Shown here: positions 35,928 through 46,800 of the stretch, piece after piece
How positions within the stretch are numbered: the first letter of the stretch is position 1
Layout: every line of letters starts with the position of its first letter
DNA from: Myxococcota bacterium
GTDB lineage: Bacteria; Myxococcota_A; Bradymonadia; UBA7976; UBA1532
Length of the DNA stretch: 64,000 bases
Direction of reading: 5' to 3'
Assembly (NCBI GenBank): GCA_036337435.1
Contig: JAYZEG010000037.1
Location: forward strand, 64,001-128,000
Notes under the pieces: model-generated
What the model saw: only the letters and a program-made list of their open reading frames with translations
The model's database searches: none
What the model was told of the DNA's origin: nothing
Position numbers and translations under genes: made by a program

Positions 35928-38536
35928 AAATAATGGTGTGTAGACGATGGATAGTAGCCGGTTTGTTTCTGTTTCTGATCGGTTGTACGGATGGGCCAAC
36001 CGTCACACCAGCGGAGCCAGACCAGGAGATCTCCGACAACGTCGATTCAGGCGTTGTCGAAGATATGACCCAGATTGACCCCGATTCAGGTCAGAGCGAC
36101 CTTGACGTGGATGTCCTCAAATCCGGCGAACTCCGCATCCAACTGTCACAAGGCCAGCAGTCCCTTGCGGTCTATCATGGTGAGACGCTGAGATTCAGGA
36201 TGCCGATTGCCGGTTTCCAATTGGGGACACTGGACGAGATCGCAGCAGAAACCAACTATGATCCGTACTATATCCTCGATGGCAACGAAGCCTCCAATCC
36301 ACCTGGACTGGTCTGGCTGGTGCCCAGTGCGGGGCGATTGACAGCCGACAACGACATGGCGACATTGGAATTGACCTATGACCAACTCGGTACAGGTCAG
36401 CTCATCTTCAGAGTATCCGCTGAAAATCGCCTCACAGCCCGCTTTGTTGCGCCTGACGGACCTGTTGGCTACATGAGGGTCAACCTTGATGTGGACGAGA
36501 CCGAAGCATTCTATGGGATGGGTGAGGTTTTCGACGATGTTAATAATCGTGGGAAGTTACGGCCCATGCAGATCGAGCTCGATACAGAACTTGAGAGCAG
36601 TTTCAACGAAGCACATATCCCGATTCCCCTACTCTATGGCCATCGGGGCTGGGGCCTATTCGTCGAATCTTTGAGACCCGGTATTTTCGACGTCGCCAAA
36701 ACTCAAGAGACTGTGATCGACGCCATCTTTGGGACCGGCGTTGCCACTGCAGAAGGTCTCCAATTTCACATTTTTACGGGAGAGCGAACGCTCGATTTGA
36801 CCCGACATTATTATGAATTGACCGGATTCCCTAAGCTCCCTGCAGAATGGGCTTATGGACCGTGGATCTGGCGTGATGAAAACGAGGATGAGGCTCAAGT
36901 TCGGTCCGATATACAGACCATTAGAGATCTAGACTTGGCGACGAGCGGCTATTGGATTGACCGGCCCTACGCGAGTGCGGTCAACTCATTTGATTGGGAC
37001 CCTCGAAAATTCGACGAACCCCAAGGGATGATCGACTTCATTCATGACATGGGATTTCGTTTTGCACTTTGGCATACCCCCTATGTCGGTGCCGAAGGGG
37101 TCGGCAACGAACTCACGGAAACCACCCAAGAGTTCCGAGACATCGCAGAACGCGAGGGCTATTACCCTCCTCAGATTGGCTTGGCGACAAGCAAATGGGG
37201 CAGCCCCATCGACCTGACAAATCCCGATGCCTTTGCATGGTGGCAGTCTCTCATTCGCCGTTATTCGGATATGGGTGTCGAAGGCTACAAACTCGACTAC
37301 GCTGAGGATATTGTACCTGGTATTTTTCTCGCTCGTGGCAATTGGGAATTCGCTGATGGCTCCAACGACCAAACCATGCATGCACGCTACCAAACTCTCT
37401 ACCACCAGGTATATGCCGAAACGCTTCCGGAAACCGGCGGGTTCCTCTTGGTTCGATCAGCAACCTGGGGCGGCCAGACCAATGGCGTGATCGTTTGGCC
37501 GGGAGACTTAGACGCGAATTTTGCCGCCCATCGTGAGCGCGTCGTTGACGGCGACGAAGAATACGGTGCCGTCGGGGGCTTGATTGCAAGTATTATCGCG
37601 GGACTCAGCTTGGGTCCATCTGGCTATCCATTCTACGGTTCAGACACGGGCGGCTATAGACGGTCACCACCCAACAAGGAGGTTTTTACGCGCTGGTTTC
37701 AGCAAACAGCACTGTCCAGCGTGATGCAGGTTGGGACGAATACCAACAATGTTGCTTGGGAATTCGATGAAGAAACCGGTTTTGATGAAGAAATGCTCGA
37801 TTGGTATCGAATTTATACTCGCTTGCACCTGCGCTTATTTCCATACGCTTGGACCTACGCCCGGCAAATTGAACAAACCGGTCGACCAATTCAACGTGCA
37901 TATGGTCTCCAATATCCCGATGCAGGACTCCATCCGTCGGATATCTATTTCTTTGGCGATGACCTTCTGGTCGCGCCAGTTGTCGTGGCGGACGCACGCA
38001 CGAAACAGGTTCCATTTCCAGATGGACAATGGCTCGACTGGTGGACAGGTGAAATCATCGAGGGCGGTCAAGAGTTAATGGTTGATGCGCCTCTTTCAAA
38101 ATTACCACTGTATCTCCGAGCCGGCGGAATTATCCCTCTCTTGCGAGAGACCATCGATACGCTTTCACCGACGACCGTCGAAGGGATTGAGTCCTTTGCA
38201 AATGACCCAGGGCGTCTACATACGCGAATTGCAGCGGGCCCGGCCCACAGTTTCACGCTCTATGATGGGACAATCATCTCTCACCGCACCGATGAAAATG
38301 ATCTCGTCTTGGCCTCGACTGCTGGCGATACGTACCCGGAATCGCGCCGATATGATGTGATGAACCTCGCCGCTGTGCCCACGGAGGTCCAATACGGGGC
38401 GGCATCGCTTACCAGAGTCGATAGTTCGATGGATTTGGCTGCGTCCGATGCGGCTTGGTTTTTGGACCCAGACACCAATATGGTGCACATTAAAGTGGTC
38501 GGAACCGAGGATGTCCGCCTCGTAGGCGCACGCTGA
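35921..38536 (+). CDS. Glycoside hydrolase family 31 lipoprotein
   Basis: Lipobox LIGC, FYGMGE, WID, nucleophile YKLDYAE, acid/base [33 protein letters not shown]. Start is 35921 or 35933. Confidence 0.9.
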   Translation: MVKIMVCRRWIVAGLFLFLIGCTDGPTVTPAEPDQEISDNVDSGVVEDMTQIDPDSGQSDLDVDVLKSGELRIQLSQGQQSLAVYHGETLRFRMPIAGFQLGTLDEIAAETNYDPYYILDGNEASNPPGLVWLVPSAGRLTADNDMATLELTYDQLGTGQLIFRVSAENRLTARFVAPDGPVGYMRVNLDVDETEAFYGMGEVFDDVNNRGKLRPMQIELDTELESSFNEAHIPIPLLYGHRGWGLFVESLRPGIFDVAKTQETVIDAIFGTGVATAEGLQFHIFTGERTLDLTRHYYELTGFPKLPAEWAYGPWIWRDENEDEAQVRSDIQTIRDLDLATSGYWIDRPYASAVNSFDWDPRKFDEPQGMIDFIHDMGFRFALWHTPYVGAEGVGNELTETTQEFRDIAEREGYYPPQIGLATSKWGSPIDLTNPDAFAWWQSLIRRYSDMGVEGYKLDYAEDIVPGIFLARGNWEFADGSNDQTMHARYQTLYHQVYAETLPETGGFLLVRSATWGGQTNGVIVWPGDLDANFAAHRERVVDGDEEYGAVGGLIASIIAGLSLGPSGYPFYGSDTGGYRRSPPNKEVFTRWFQQTALSSVMQVGTNTNNVAWEFDEETGFDEEMLDWYRIYTRLHLRLFPYAWTYARQIEQTGRPIQRAYGLQYPDAGLHPSDIYFFGDDLLVAPVVVADARTKQVPFPDGQWLDWWTGEIIEGGQELMVDAPLSKLPLYLRAGGIIPLLRETIDTLSPTTVEGIESFANDPGRLHTRIAAGPAHSFTLYDGTIISHRTDENDLVLASTAGDTYPESRRYDVMNLAAVPTEVQYGAASLTRVDSSMDLAASDAAWFLDPDTNMVHIKVVGTEDVRLVGAR

Positions 38537-38543
38537 TAGCTAC

Positions 38544-40265
38544 CTACTCTGCGTCCACCTTGAGCCGCCGTGCAATTTCGGTTGGCAAGGGGAACCAGCG
38601 TAAAGATTCGTAGTCGGCATTCAGATTGAGCTCATCGGGCGTACGTCCTGAGGCCTCAACTGCATCGCACATGATGGATCTCGCCTCTGCCAAGTGGGCC
38701 GACAACGCGGCTTCAGGTTCCGTCGCATGACGTGAGCGATATTCCATGCGACCCCCACTATAGCCGATTCGATGCAAGCTCATCTTCGAACCTACATCGG
38801 CTTTGTGATGTCGCCAACGGCCTGTTTCAGGACAGAACTCGTAATCTGGTAAGAGCCGCCATCCATGTTCGGCAATCAACAAAACAGCCTCGACCAGATA
38901 ATCAAATACAGTCTCCGAGATGAAATAATTGAAGTTCATTCTGGCCCAGCCCGGCTTCACTCCCCTGCAACCACGTAGAACCTCCCTCTGAATCGCTTCT
39001 GCCCGGTCAAAATCGATATCGAGCAATCGATGCCCATAAGGCCCGGCGCATTGCCATCCACCCCTAGATTGGATTCCAAATAAGTCGTTGAGCAACGCGA
39101 CAACGAAATGGTGGTGGAGATAGCGCTCATCATCGTATCGAACCATGAAAGAGACGATAGACAAGCGCCAACGGTCATGGTCGCCCAGTATCCTTATGTT
39201 CGGATGGGCTTTCCATTTGGCGATGGCCCGCCGAATATAATCGTGCTCACGGGCTTGAATCATCCCGACGCCTACGGCTTCTTTGAGCTGGAAGGTCAGC
39301 CCCGCCCGAACAGCCCCGAGAATGTTGGGTGTCCCAGCCTCTTCACGCTCGACAATATTTGAAGAGAACACATGTTGGTCCTGACTGACATAGTCAACCG
39401 TTCCACCGCCGGGTGAAGAGGGCACTCGATTTGTGAACAAATGCTTTTTAGCGATCAAGATACCGGGCGTACCCGGGCCACCGATAAACTTGTGAGGCGA
39501 TAGGAAAATAGCATCTTTATAGACGAGATGCCCGTCTGGCTTTTCATCAGCCATGTTCATCTCGATTTCCACATAAGGACCCGCTGCGGCAAAATCCCAA
39601 AAAGAGAGCGCGCCATGCTTGTGAAGCAGCGCGGCTATGTCCCGTGTATTCGAACCAACACCTGTTACATTCGATGCCGCCGAGAAAGAGCCTATCTTGA
39701 GCGGCCGCGCGGCATATTTCTGGAGCTCCTGATCCAGCTGCCGCTGGTCGACCCGCCCGTTCTCGTCCTCGTCGATGACAACAACGTCAGCGATGGATTC
39801 TCTCCAAGGCAATTCATTGGAATGATGTTCATAAGGTCCAATGAAGACCACCGGCCGTTCGGCATCAGGGATTCGATCGGTCAATCCGTATCGTGTGTCC
39901 AAGTCAGCTGGCACGGCTAAATTGAGAACTGCGATAATCTTATTGATCGCGGCAGTCGCTCCTGAGCCACAGAAGATAACGACATCACGTTCGTCGGCAC
40001 CAACAGCGTGGGCTATGATCTCCCGGGCATCATCACGATACTGGGTTGTCTGCCGCCCGGTTCCTGACATTTGGGTGTGGGTATTTGCATAAAAAGGCAT
40101 CACCTCACGACGGATAAAATCCTCGATAAAATTCACACTCTGACCTGATGCCGTGTGGTCTGCGTAGACAACTCTACGGACGCCATAGGGTCCATCAATC
40201 GCCTGGTCACAGCCAATGATGGAATCACGAATTGTCTCAATTAAACGCTCTATTCGGTCCGACAT
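38544..40265 (-). CDS. Class V PLP-dependent enzyme (cysteine desulfurase-like)
   Basis: [57 protein letters not shown]. Confidence 0.9.
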   Translation of the reverse strand: MSDRIERLIETIRDSIIGCDQAIDGPYGVRRVVYADHTASGQSVNFIEDFIRREVMPFYANTHTQMSGTGRQTTQYRDDAREIIAHAVGADERDVVIFCGSGATAAINKIIAVLNLAVPADLDTRYGLTDRIPDAERPVVFIGPYEHHSNELPWRESIADVVVIDEDENGRVDQRQLDQELQKYAARPLKIGSFSAASNVTGVGSNTRDIAALLHKHGALSFWDFAAAGPYVEIEMNMADEKPDGHLVYKDAIFLSPHKFIGGPGTPGILIAKKHLFTNRVPSSPGGGTVDYVSQDQHVFSSNIVEREEAGTPNILGAVRAGLTFQLKEAVGVGMIQAREHDYIRRAIAKWKAHPNIRILGDHDRWRLSIVSFMVRYDDERYLHHHFVVALLNDLFGIQSRGGWQCAGPYGHRLLDIDFDRAEAIQREVLRGCRGVKPGWARMNFNYFISETVFDYLVEAVLLIAEHGWRLLPDYEFCPETGRWRHHKADVGSKMSLHRIGYSGGRMEYRSRHATEPEAALSAHLAEARSIMCDAVEASGRTPDELNLNADYESLRWFPLPTEIARRLKVDAE

Positions 40266-40541
40266 CAAAAAACCCACCTGCAGAAAATTGGCACGAATGG
40301 CCTTCGCTTACCCGCACTTCCCCTTGTTCAGCATAACGATGCGCTAATTGAAGTCAACCGTCCCAGGATTCAGAATTAATAACAATGTCGATACCTTGGA
40401 GTCTTCAGGTGTCTCAAACCACTCCGAATGTCGATTTTGTCACTTGAATCCACAGATCAGCTGGGGTAGACGCTGCTGGCCGGGTGCACCTTGGGGGGGT
40501 ATAGGTGACGCTCGAGGGGACGAAAGAAAAAGAAGGGCCAT

Positions 40542-40760
40542 ATGCAGTTACTTCAACAAGAAACGCCGAGTGATTATCCGGTCGTAGATAGCGATGGGAC
40601 GGTTGTGCAAATTTCTCCAGCCATGACCCCCCCGCGCGTGGCACACACAACAATCAGTACCAGCTGGTCACGCCTCATGACGTGTTTGCAAGACATACAA
40701 TCCGAGACGGGACCTTGGCGAGTGACCCCTCCCAGTGATGGAACAGTGCCCGCTTGTTGA
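40542..40760 (+). CDS. Small hypothetical protein (uncertain)
   Basis: 72-aa ORF after a purine-rich SD-like run; its stop overlaps the start of the HD gene. No recognisable motif. Confidence 0.3.
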   Translation: MQLLQQETPSDYPVVDSDGTVVQISPAMTPPRVAHTTISTSWSRLMTCLQDIQSETGPWRVTPPSDGTVPAC

Positions 40761-41344
40761 GCGAGCGGTCCCAAATCGCAGCCTGGGACCAAGACCGGTT
40801 CCTCCGTGCCTATCGCTACGCTTCAACCGCGCACAAAGGCCAGACTATGCCGGATCAGGAACGGCTACCCTATTGCGTCCATCTGAGCATGGTCACGATG
40901 GAAATCTGCGCGGCTTTGACAGTTGAATCGGTCTCAGACCCAGACTTGGCTGTCCAATGCGCATGTCTACATGATGTCCTGGAAGACACACCAACCACGC
41001 GATTGCAGCTTGAAAATGAATTTGGCACCACCGTGGCAGATGGTGTCGTTGCATTAACGAAGGACGGCAGCTTGAACAAAGCAGACGCCATGCTCGATTC
41101 AGTGAACAGATTGCTTTCGCAACCACTCGAAGTCAGAGCGGTCAAGCTGGCAGACCGCATCACGAATATGCAAACGCCCCCGCCTCACTGGAGTCTTGAG
41201 AAAAGACAGGCCTATGCTCAAGAGGCGCGGATGATATTGGAAAAACTAGGCTCGGCCAGCGCTTATCTCCGTCGGCGTCTGGCCTCGAAAATTGACGCAT
41301 ATGAAGCCAACCACTGCAAAGCGGTGCCGTCAGCTATAAATTGA
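40754..41344 (+). CDS. HD-domain protein, stand-alone (p)ppGpp hydrolase (SAH/Mesh1-like)
   Basis: AH.GQ, PY..H, LHDVLEDT, V.ALTK, VKLADRITN. Confidence 0.85.
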   Translation: MLSERSQIAAWDQDRFLRAYRYASTAHKGQTMPDQERLPYCVHLSMVTMEICAALTVESVSDPDLAVQCACLHDVLEDTPTTRLQLENEFGTTVADGVVALTKDGSLNKADAMLDSVNRLLSQPLEVRAVKLADRITNMQTPPPHWSLEKRQAYAQEARMILEKLGSASAYLRRRLASKIDAYEANHCKAVPSAIN

Positions 41345-41557
41345 ACCAACCAGTTTCTTAATTTCTGCGTCGGTGATCGGGGCCGACTGTCCATCGTACT
41401 GCCATTGGACATTGGCGAGACAGCGCATGGTGGCATACTTTGCGTCATAGCCCATTCGTCGCAATAACCCGGCTTGTTCGAGCACCGCACGACTCACCTG
41501 CTGTTTCGGGCCTTTGCGGGTTCCACTTACCTGAGAATCCATCCAATCAAATGGCAT
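41330..41557 (-). CDS. Small hypothetical protein (75 aa)
   Basis: Strong SD AGGAGGTG upstream of the ATG; helical composition; co-oriented with yqeY. Confidence 0.65.
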   Translation of the reverse strand: MPFDWMDSQVSGTRKGPKQQVSRAVLEQAGLLRRMGYDAKYATMRCLANVQWQYDGQSAPITDAEIKKLVGSIYS

Positions 41558-41626
41558 GCCGTCACCTCCTAGTGAATGTACGCTAACATGCCCCGAGGAC
41601 CGCTGGGAAGACCATGTTATGCGACT

Positions 41627-42091
41627 CTAATTCGATAACGCTTCTTCGACCAAACGTCGAACCTGTCCAGGATCGACGTCAGCTTTGTGCGCTTTCATCA
41701 CTGCGCCCATCACAGCACCGAAATGCGCTGAGGGTCCACCCAAACCGGCGATGGCATCATCAACCCACTGTTTCACCGTGGCCTCGTCAGCCTTTTTTGG
41801 TAGCCATTCGCCGACCGTCTCAAGCTCCCATTTAATCTGGGCAATATGTTCCTCTGCGCCAGGCCGGTCAATCTCCTCAAATTGCGCCAGTGCCTTCCGC
41901 TGGCTCTTGCAATACTTCTCCATGACCTCTAGCCACAGAGCATCGTTTACCTCACCTGTGAAGCCACTTCCAATCGTGCGCTCACCCATCTTCGATTTGA
42001 GCATACGAATCAGACCGAGCATTTGTTTGTCACGGGCTTTCATCGCCGCCTTCATTTTCGTGTTTAAGTCGTCTTGAATTGCCATCATCAT
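41627..42091 (-). CDS. GatB/YqeY domain protein
   Basis: MKAAMKARDK..L..IRMLK, E.....WLP, FGAVMGAVMK. Confidence 0.9.
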   Translation of the reverse strand: MMMAIQDDLNTKMKAAMKARDKQMLGLIRMLKSKMGERTIGSGFTGEVNDALWLEVMEKYCKSQRKALAQFEEIDRPGAEEHIAQIKWELETVGEWLPKKADEATVKQWVDDAIAGLGGPSAHFGAVMGAVMKAHKADVDPGQVRRLVEEALSN

Positions 42092-42124
42092 GCTCCTTTA
42101 AAGTTTTCTAGACCGTTTGCGCGT

Positions 42125-43075
42125 CTACTCTTGATTTGTAAAGTCTAACTGCAAACTGTCCCCGAGTTTTTCGGTTAAATACCCTTTCAAGCGTTTCTTT
42201 AGCCGAGCTTCTACCTGTCTGATACGCTCACGTGAAACATCGAATCGCGTCCCCAAGGCCGCAAGTGAAATGGGATCTTCAGCGATCAATCGTTCGTGCC
42301 AAAGTGCAAGTTCTCGCTCGTCGGTCAGAGTCTCAGCAAACGCTTTCATCTGCCCGTCAACGGTATTCATCAGGCCGGAGTGAACAACCTGAGATTCCAC
42401 ATCAGCCTCGCTGTCCGCGATTAAATCTCCGAGGGTACGCCCGTCTTCATCGGATGAATTGCGAGGGGCTGTCAACGATAGGGTCGGCTTGCGCAGTAAG
42501 GTCGCAGCGACTATGTCATCCTCGGAGACATCAAGATTGTCAGCAAGCATCTTAGGGGTCGCTTCGCCAAACTCATTCATCAATCGAGCGCGCTCTTTTT
42601 CCAGTCGAAAAAATAGTTTTCTCCCAGCCCGCGTGTTGGCGAAACTGATCATGCGAAAGTTCTTCAGAATAAACTGTAAAATGAGGGCTCTAATCCAATA
42701 GCGAGCAAAACTGCTAAACCGCACTCCACGATACGGATCGAAGCGTTTAACCGCTTCGGCGAGGCCAATATTACCCTCTTGGATTAAATCGAGAACATTG
42801 ACCCAAGCCCGTCGGTACTCCATTGCGATTTTGACGACGAGCCGAAGGTTCCCTGTCACCAGCTTTCGGGCCGCCGCCTTACTGCCAGATTCAAAATAGC
42901 GCGTGGCGTGTTCCAGTTCTTGCTCTCGCGTGAGTAAAGGATATCGCCTAATCTCTGCCAAATAGCGAGTCAGTTCATCGGCCGCGAGGAGATCTTTGGA
43001 GTTGACATCCATCCGTGCCGGTGGACGCTCTTCTCGGTCAACGACTTTGATTTTTGTCTCGTCCTGGTCGGACAC
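42125..43075 (-). CDS. rpoH: RNA polymerase sigma factor, RpoH/sigma32 family
   Basis: YL.EIRRYPLLT.E.E, NLRLVVKIA.EY, DLIQEGNIGL, RpoH-box-like RKLFFRL, VSRERIRQVE. Confidence 0.85.
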   Translation of the reverse strand: MSDQDETKIKVVDREERPPARMDVNSKDLLAADELTRYLAEIRRYPLLTREQELEHATRYFESGSKAAARKLVTGNLRLVVKIAMEYRRAWVNVLDLIQEGNIGLAEAVKRFDPYRGVRFSSFARYWIRALILQFILKNFRMISFANTRAGRKLFFRLEKERARLMNEFGEATPKMLADNLDVSEDDIVAATLLRKPTLSLTAPRNSSDEDGRTLGDLIADSEADVESQVVHSGLMNTVDGQMKAFAETLTDERELALWHERLIAEDPISLAALGTRFDVSRERIRQVEARLKKRLKGYLTEKLGDSLQLDFTNQE

Positions 43076-43235
43076 GGCTGTTCCCTAACTCATTGGCGGC
43101 ACATGGATGTTAATCGCAAAAGCACCATCGTCAACACCCCTGTTTTGAAAGATCGGCTCTGATTCGCCACATTCAGTTGCAGACGACGGGATTTTTCGGC
43201 ACCCTCTGCAAGACTTTAGCGACGAGGTACGTGAC

Positions 43236-43487
43236 ATGAATCTCAAAGATGAGATGAGCAATCGAATCAAGGCCGCCTTCGATGATGCGGAGATCTTCCT
43301 GGCAGACTATACCGGCGGCGGCGACCATTGGGAAGCGACCATTGTCTCGAGTGCATTTGAAGGCATGTCGAGAGTACAAAAACATCGAAGTGTTTATGCA
43401 GCGCTTGGAGAGCTTATGCATGGACCAATTCATGCGCTCACCTTTCGTACATTAACCCCTGAACAATATGAACTGGAGACCAGCTAA
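43236..43487 (+). CDS. bolA: BolA family protein
   Basis: GGGDH, IVS.AFEG.SRV..HR.VY, IHAL...T.TP. Confidence 0.92.
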   Translation: MNLKDEMSNRIKAAFDDAEIFLADYTGGGDHWEATIVSSAFEGMSRVQKHRSVYAALGELMHGPIHALTFRTLTPEQYELETS

Positions 43488-43489
43488 AA

Positions 43490-43816
43490 ATGTCTGATCC
43501 AACTCAAGAAAGAATCGATGAAATCGTAAAAAAATACCCGATCATCCTGTTCATGAAAGGCAGTCCTGACCAACCACAGTGTGGCTTTTCATCGCGAGTA
43601 GCCATGATCCTAAAGGACCATGGAAAACCGTTTGCATCCTTTGACGTTCTCAGCGATCCGACGATTCGTGAAGGTATCAAGGTGTATGCCAATTGGCCGA
43701 CCATTCCTCAGCTTTACATAGACGGGGAATTTGTTGGGGGCAGCGATATCGTCAGCGAAATGTATTTAAGCAACGAGCTGCAGCCCATGCTGGATGCAGC
43801 CGCTGAGAACGGATAG
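43490..43816 (+). CDS. grxD: Monothiol glutaredoxin Grx4
   Basis: FMKG.P..PQCGFS, WPTIPQLY..GEF.GG.DI. Confidence 0.95.
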   Translation: MSDPTQERIDEIVKKYPIILFMKGSPDQPQCGFSSRVAMILKDHGKPFASFDVLSDPTIREGIKVYANWPTIPQLYIDGEFVGGSDIVSEMYLSNELQPMLDAAAENG

Positions 43817-43833
43817 GTCTAGACGCAATAGAT

Positions 43834-43859
43834 GGAGCCGCCGGCGGCAAGCCGGTTCC
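43834..43859. terminator. GC-rich hairpin between convergent grxD and SNF2 genes
   Basis: CCGGC-GGCAA-GCCGG inverted repeat with flanking complementarity; no U tract. Confidence 0.35.
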
Positions 43860-43861
43860 CC

Positions 43862-46800
43862 CTATTCCGCTCGAACAAAATGACGGCCGTCGTCATGATT
43901 GACGGCCTCCAGGTTGCCCATCGTCACTTGGTCATCTAGCCAGGCGTCCGCTTCTTCTTTGGGCCAGCCCGTCAACTCGACCACAATTGTCGGCGTAAGG
44001 GGCTGTCCATGGTCGAGTAAAATACTCGATGCTTGGTCCTTGCTCACGGACTCAACATCGATTGTTACACTCGCCATTTTCCCGTCTTTTAGGTCATCGG
44101 GCCGGGCGTCGCCGTCAAAAAATGATTCGATGTCTTCACGGGTGAGCTGATCGACTGGGAAACGGCCTTGTTCGACGGTCATGTCGAAGAGCGCGCGTTT
44201 GCGGTCTTGCAGGGCAATGACCTTCTCTTCTACGGTGTCCCGCGCGACAAATCGATAGGCGACGACTGGCTTGGTCTGGCCGATTCGATGAGCTCGGTCC
44301 GTTGCCTGGTCCTCGACAGCAGGATTCCACCATGGATCCAGATGAATGACGTGGTCAGCCCCGGTGAGATTTAAACCTGCTCCACCCGCTCTTAGGCTAA
44401 TCAGAAATACGGGTGGTCCCTCCGGGTCATTCCATTTTTTGACGAGTTCATGGCGTTTGGTTGTCCGCCCATCCAGGTACAGGTAAGCCCAGTTATTTTT
44501 CTCTAAGCGGGGTATGACCCGCTGAAGTAATGACGTCCATTGAGAGAAGACAAGCGTGCGATGACCTGCAGGGATGGTCTTATCAAGGGTGTTGACCAAG
44601 AGATCAAGCTTTGCGGATTCTTTGACTTCCTCGGCTTCAGGAAAGGGCAATAGGCCCGGGTCACAGCAGGCTTGGCGAAGGCGCATTAACGCTTCGAGTA
44701 CGGGTAGAGTGGAGCGTCCGACACCCGTTTCGTTGACTTTCTTCAACACGCTCTGGCGGTAGGTGTTTCGGACGCGCTCATACAAGCGTCGTTGTTCTGG
44801 GCCTAACTCGCAGTAGAGAACCTGTTCCTGCCGCGGGGGCAATTCCTGAGCCACTTCACTCTTCAACCGCCGCAAAATGAACGGTCGAATTCGTCGTTGC
44901 AGCCTAGAGAGGGCGTCTTCATCTCGATTGCGCTCAATGGGAATTGAATAGCGCCGCCTAAACGCTGTCCTTGGCCCAAAAAAACCCGGCATGAGGCATT
45001 CTAGAATACTCCACAGCTCCAAGAGGCGATTTTCCAGTGGCGTACCGGTCAACGCCAATCGAAAATGGGCCGTCAGTCCACGAGCGACTTTAGCAACATG
45101 ACTCTCAGGGTTCTTAATGCGTTGGGCCTCATCGAGAACCAGGCACCGCCACGACCGCTTAAACGCATCAGCTGCGTATCTCAAAAGTCCGTAGGATGTG
45201 ACGATGAGGTCCGCATCCTCAGGTGGTTCTTTAGGCCGATTCGATCCGTGATAGACAACCACCTTTAAGTCTGGTGTAAAGCGGGCTGCTTCCTCTTCCC
45301 ACGCATAGATGACAGATGTGGGTGCGACAACCAATGACTGCCCACCTTTAACGGCTTGATGTTCGTCGAGTAGAAGGGCCAAAGCCTGTACCGTCTTACC
45401 CAGACCCATGTCATCTGCGAGAACACCACCAAATGAACGGTCTTTTAGCCAGGCGAGCCATCGAAATCCCGCTTGTTGATACTCACGTAGTTCGGCTTTC
45501 AGGCCTTTGGGCTGAGCTCGGTCAGGGACCGATGACGCTTCTTCTAACTCGGCCATGCGCTCTTCCCAAATCGAAACATCTCCATCGGCTTCGCCAATGA
45601 GGTCGGCCAACATGGGGGCAGCATAGTGAGGAATACGGCCTTCGTTGGTTGCTCGAATCGCTTCAAGCTCTTCGTGGACAACACCATGGCGCTGCAGCCA
45701 CTCCATAGGCAAATGGACCAGGGTGCCGTCATCTAAACGATGAAACCGCTCTCCCTTGCGCCAGCTCTTCAGCACATCAAGACTATCGATGACCTGACCG
45801 TCATGGGAGAACTCAACCTTCAAATCTAACCAATCCGTGTCCGATGGAACGCTGACCTTTGTTGCTAACCGGCCACTGACCTTAAACCGAAGCAGGTCTC
45901 GGTCAGCATCCACATTCCACCCTTCAGGTAGCCTCGGCAGTCCATCCAAAAGAATTCTATACGCCGCGTCCCCTTCAATCCGAGCAGGGAGAGCAACACC
46001 CAAGGTTGCTCGCGCTTCGGCTCGTAGATTCGCTTCCCGGTGTGGGTCCCGTCGAAAAATACCTCGTTTGGCTCTATGCTGGCTATTTAATGTGGCTGCA
46101 GCAACCTCGTATTCCTCGCCATCAAGGCGATAAACGTAGGCGAGATCTAGACACAGGAATGACTCATCTTCATACAAACGAATTCGACCCGTGATGCGGT
46201 CTGCATCGCGCACCTCTGGCAGTCTCGGACCGTCCATCACACACGGTAATGCACTGGCAAGAACGACACGGTCGACGAAGAGTTCCACGTCATCCACGGA
46301 TAATCGAGGTAGCCCTTCGATCAATCGATTGGATACTTCGAGCAGTCGTGAATCAGCCAATGGACGAATCGTGCCATCGGCACAGACTGCGAATCCATTA
46401 CCGAATGGATACAGCTTGATGATCAGAGGATCCCAAGAAAGTGCGATCTCATCTCCCTCTTCGATAGCCGTCAGTGTCGGCAGAAATGGGGTGCGAATGG
46501 GCCTGAGGCGTGCCTCACCATACCAGAGGTCGTCAACATCTAAGAGGTGGTCAAAAACTCGAGCGATGACGCGCTGCCGGAAATCTGCAACCTTCGGTCC
46601 TGCTGATTGAACCGTCGACCGATTCCATTGTCGCAGGAGTGATACCAAGTCGTGAATGGCCGAATCTTCGTTATTGATGCAGGCTCTATCGAGCCGAATT
46701 TCGGCCCCATCATCAGTCATCAATCTGGGTCGCATCGCGCGGCCATCGCTTCGCGACCAGCGAATCAACTCTCGTTCCAATGGCAACGCATCGGGCCGAT

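Noticed and set aside
40288..40305. TTGGCACG as a sigma54 promoter
   Set aside because: There is no GC at the -12 position (GG-N10-CT), and it points away from the adjacent minus-strand gene with no close plus-strand start.
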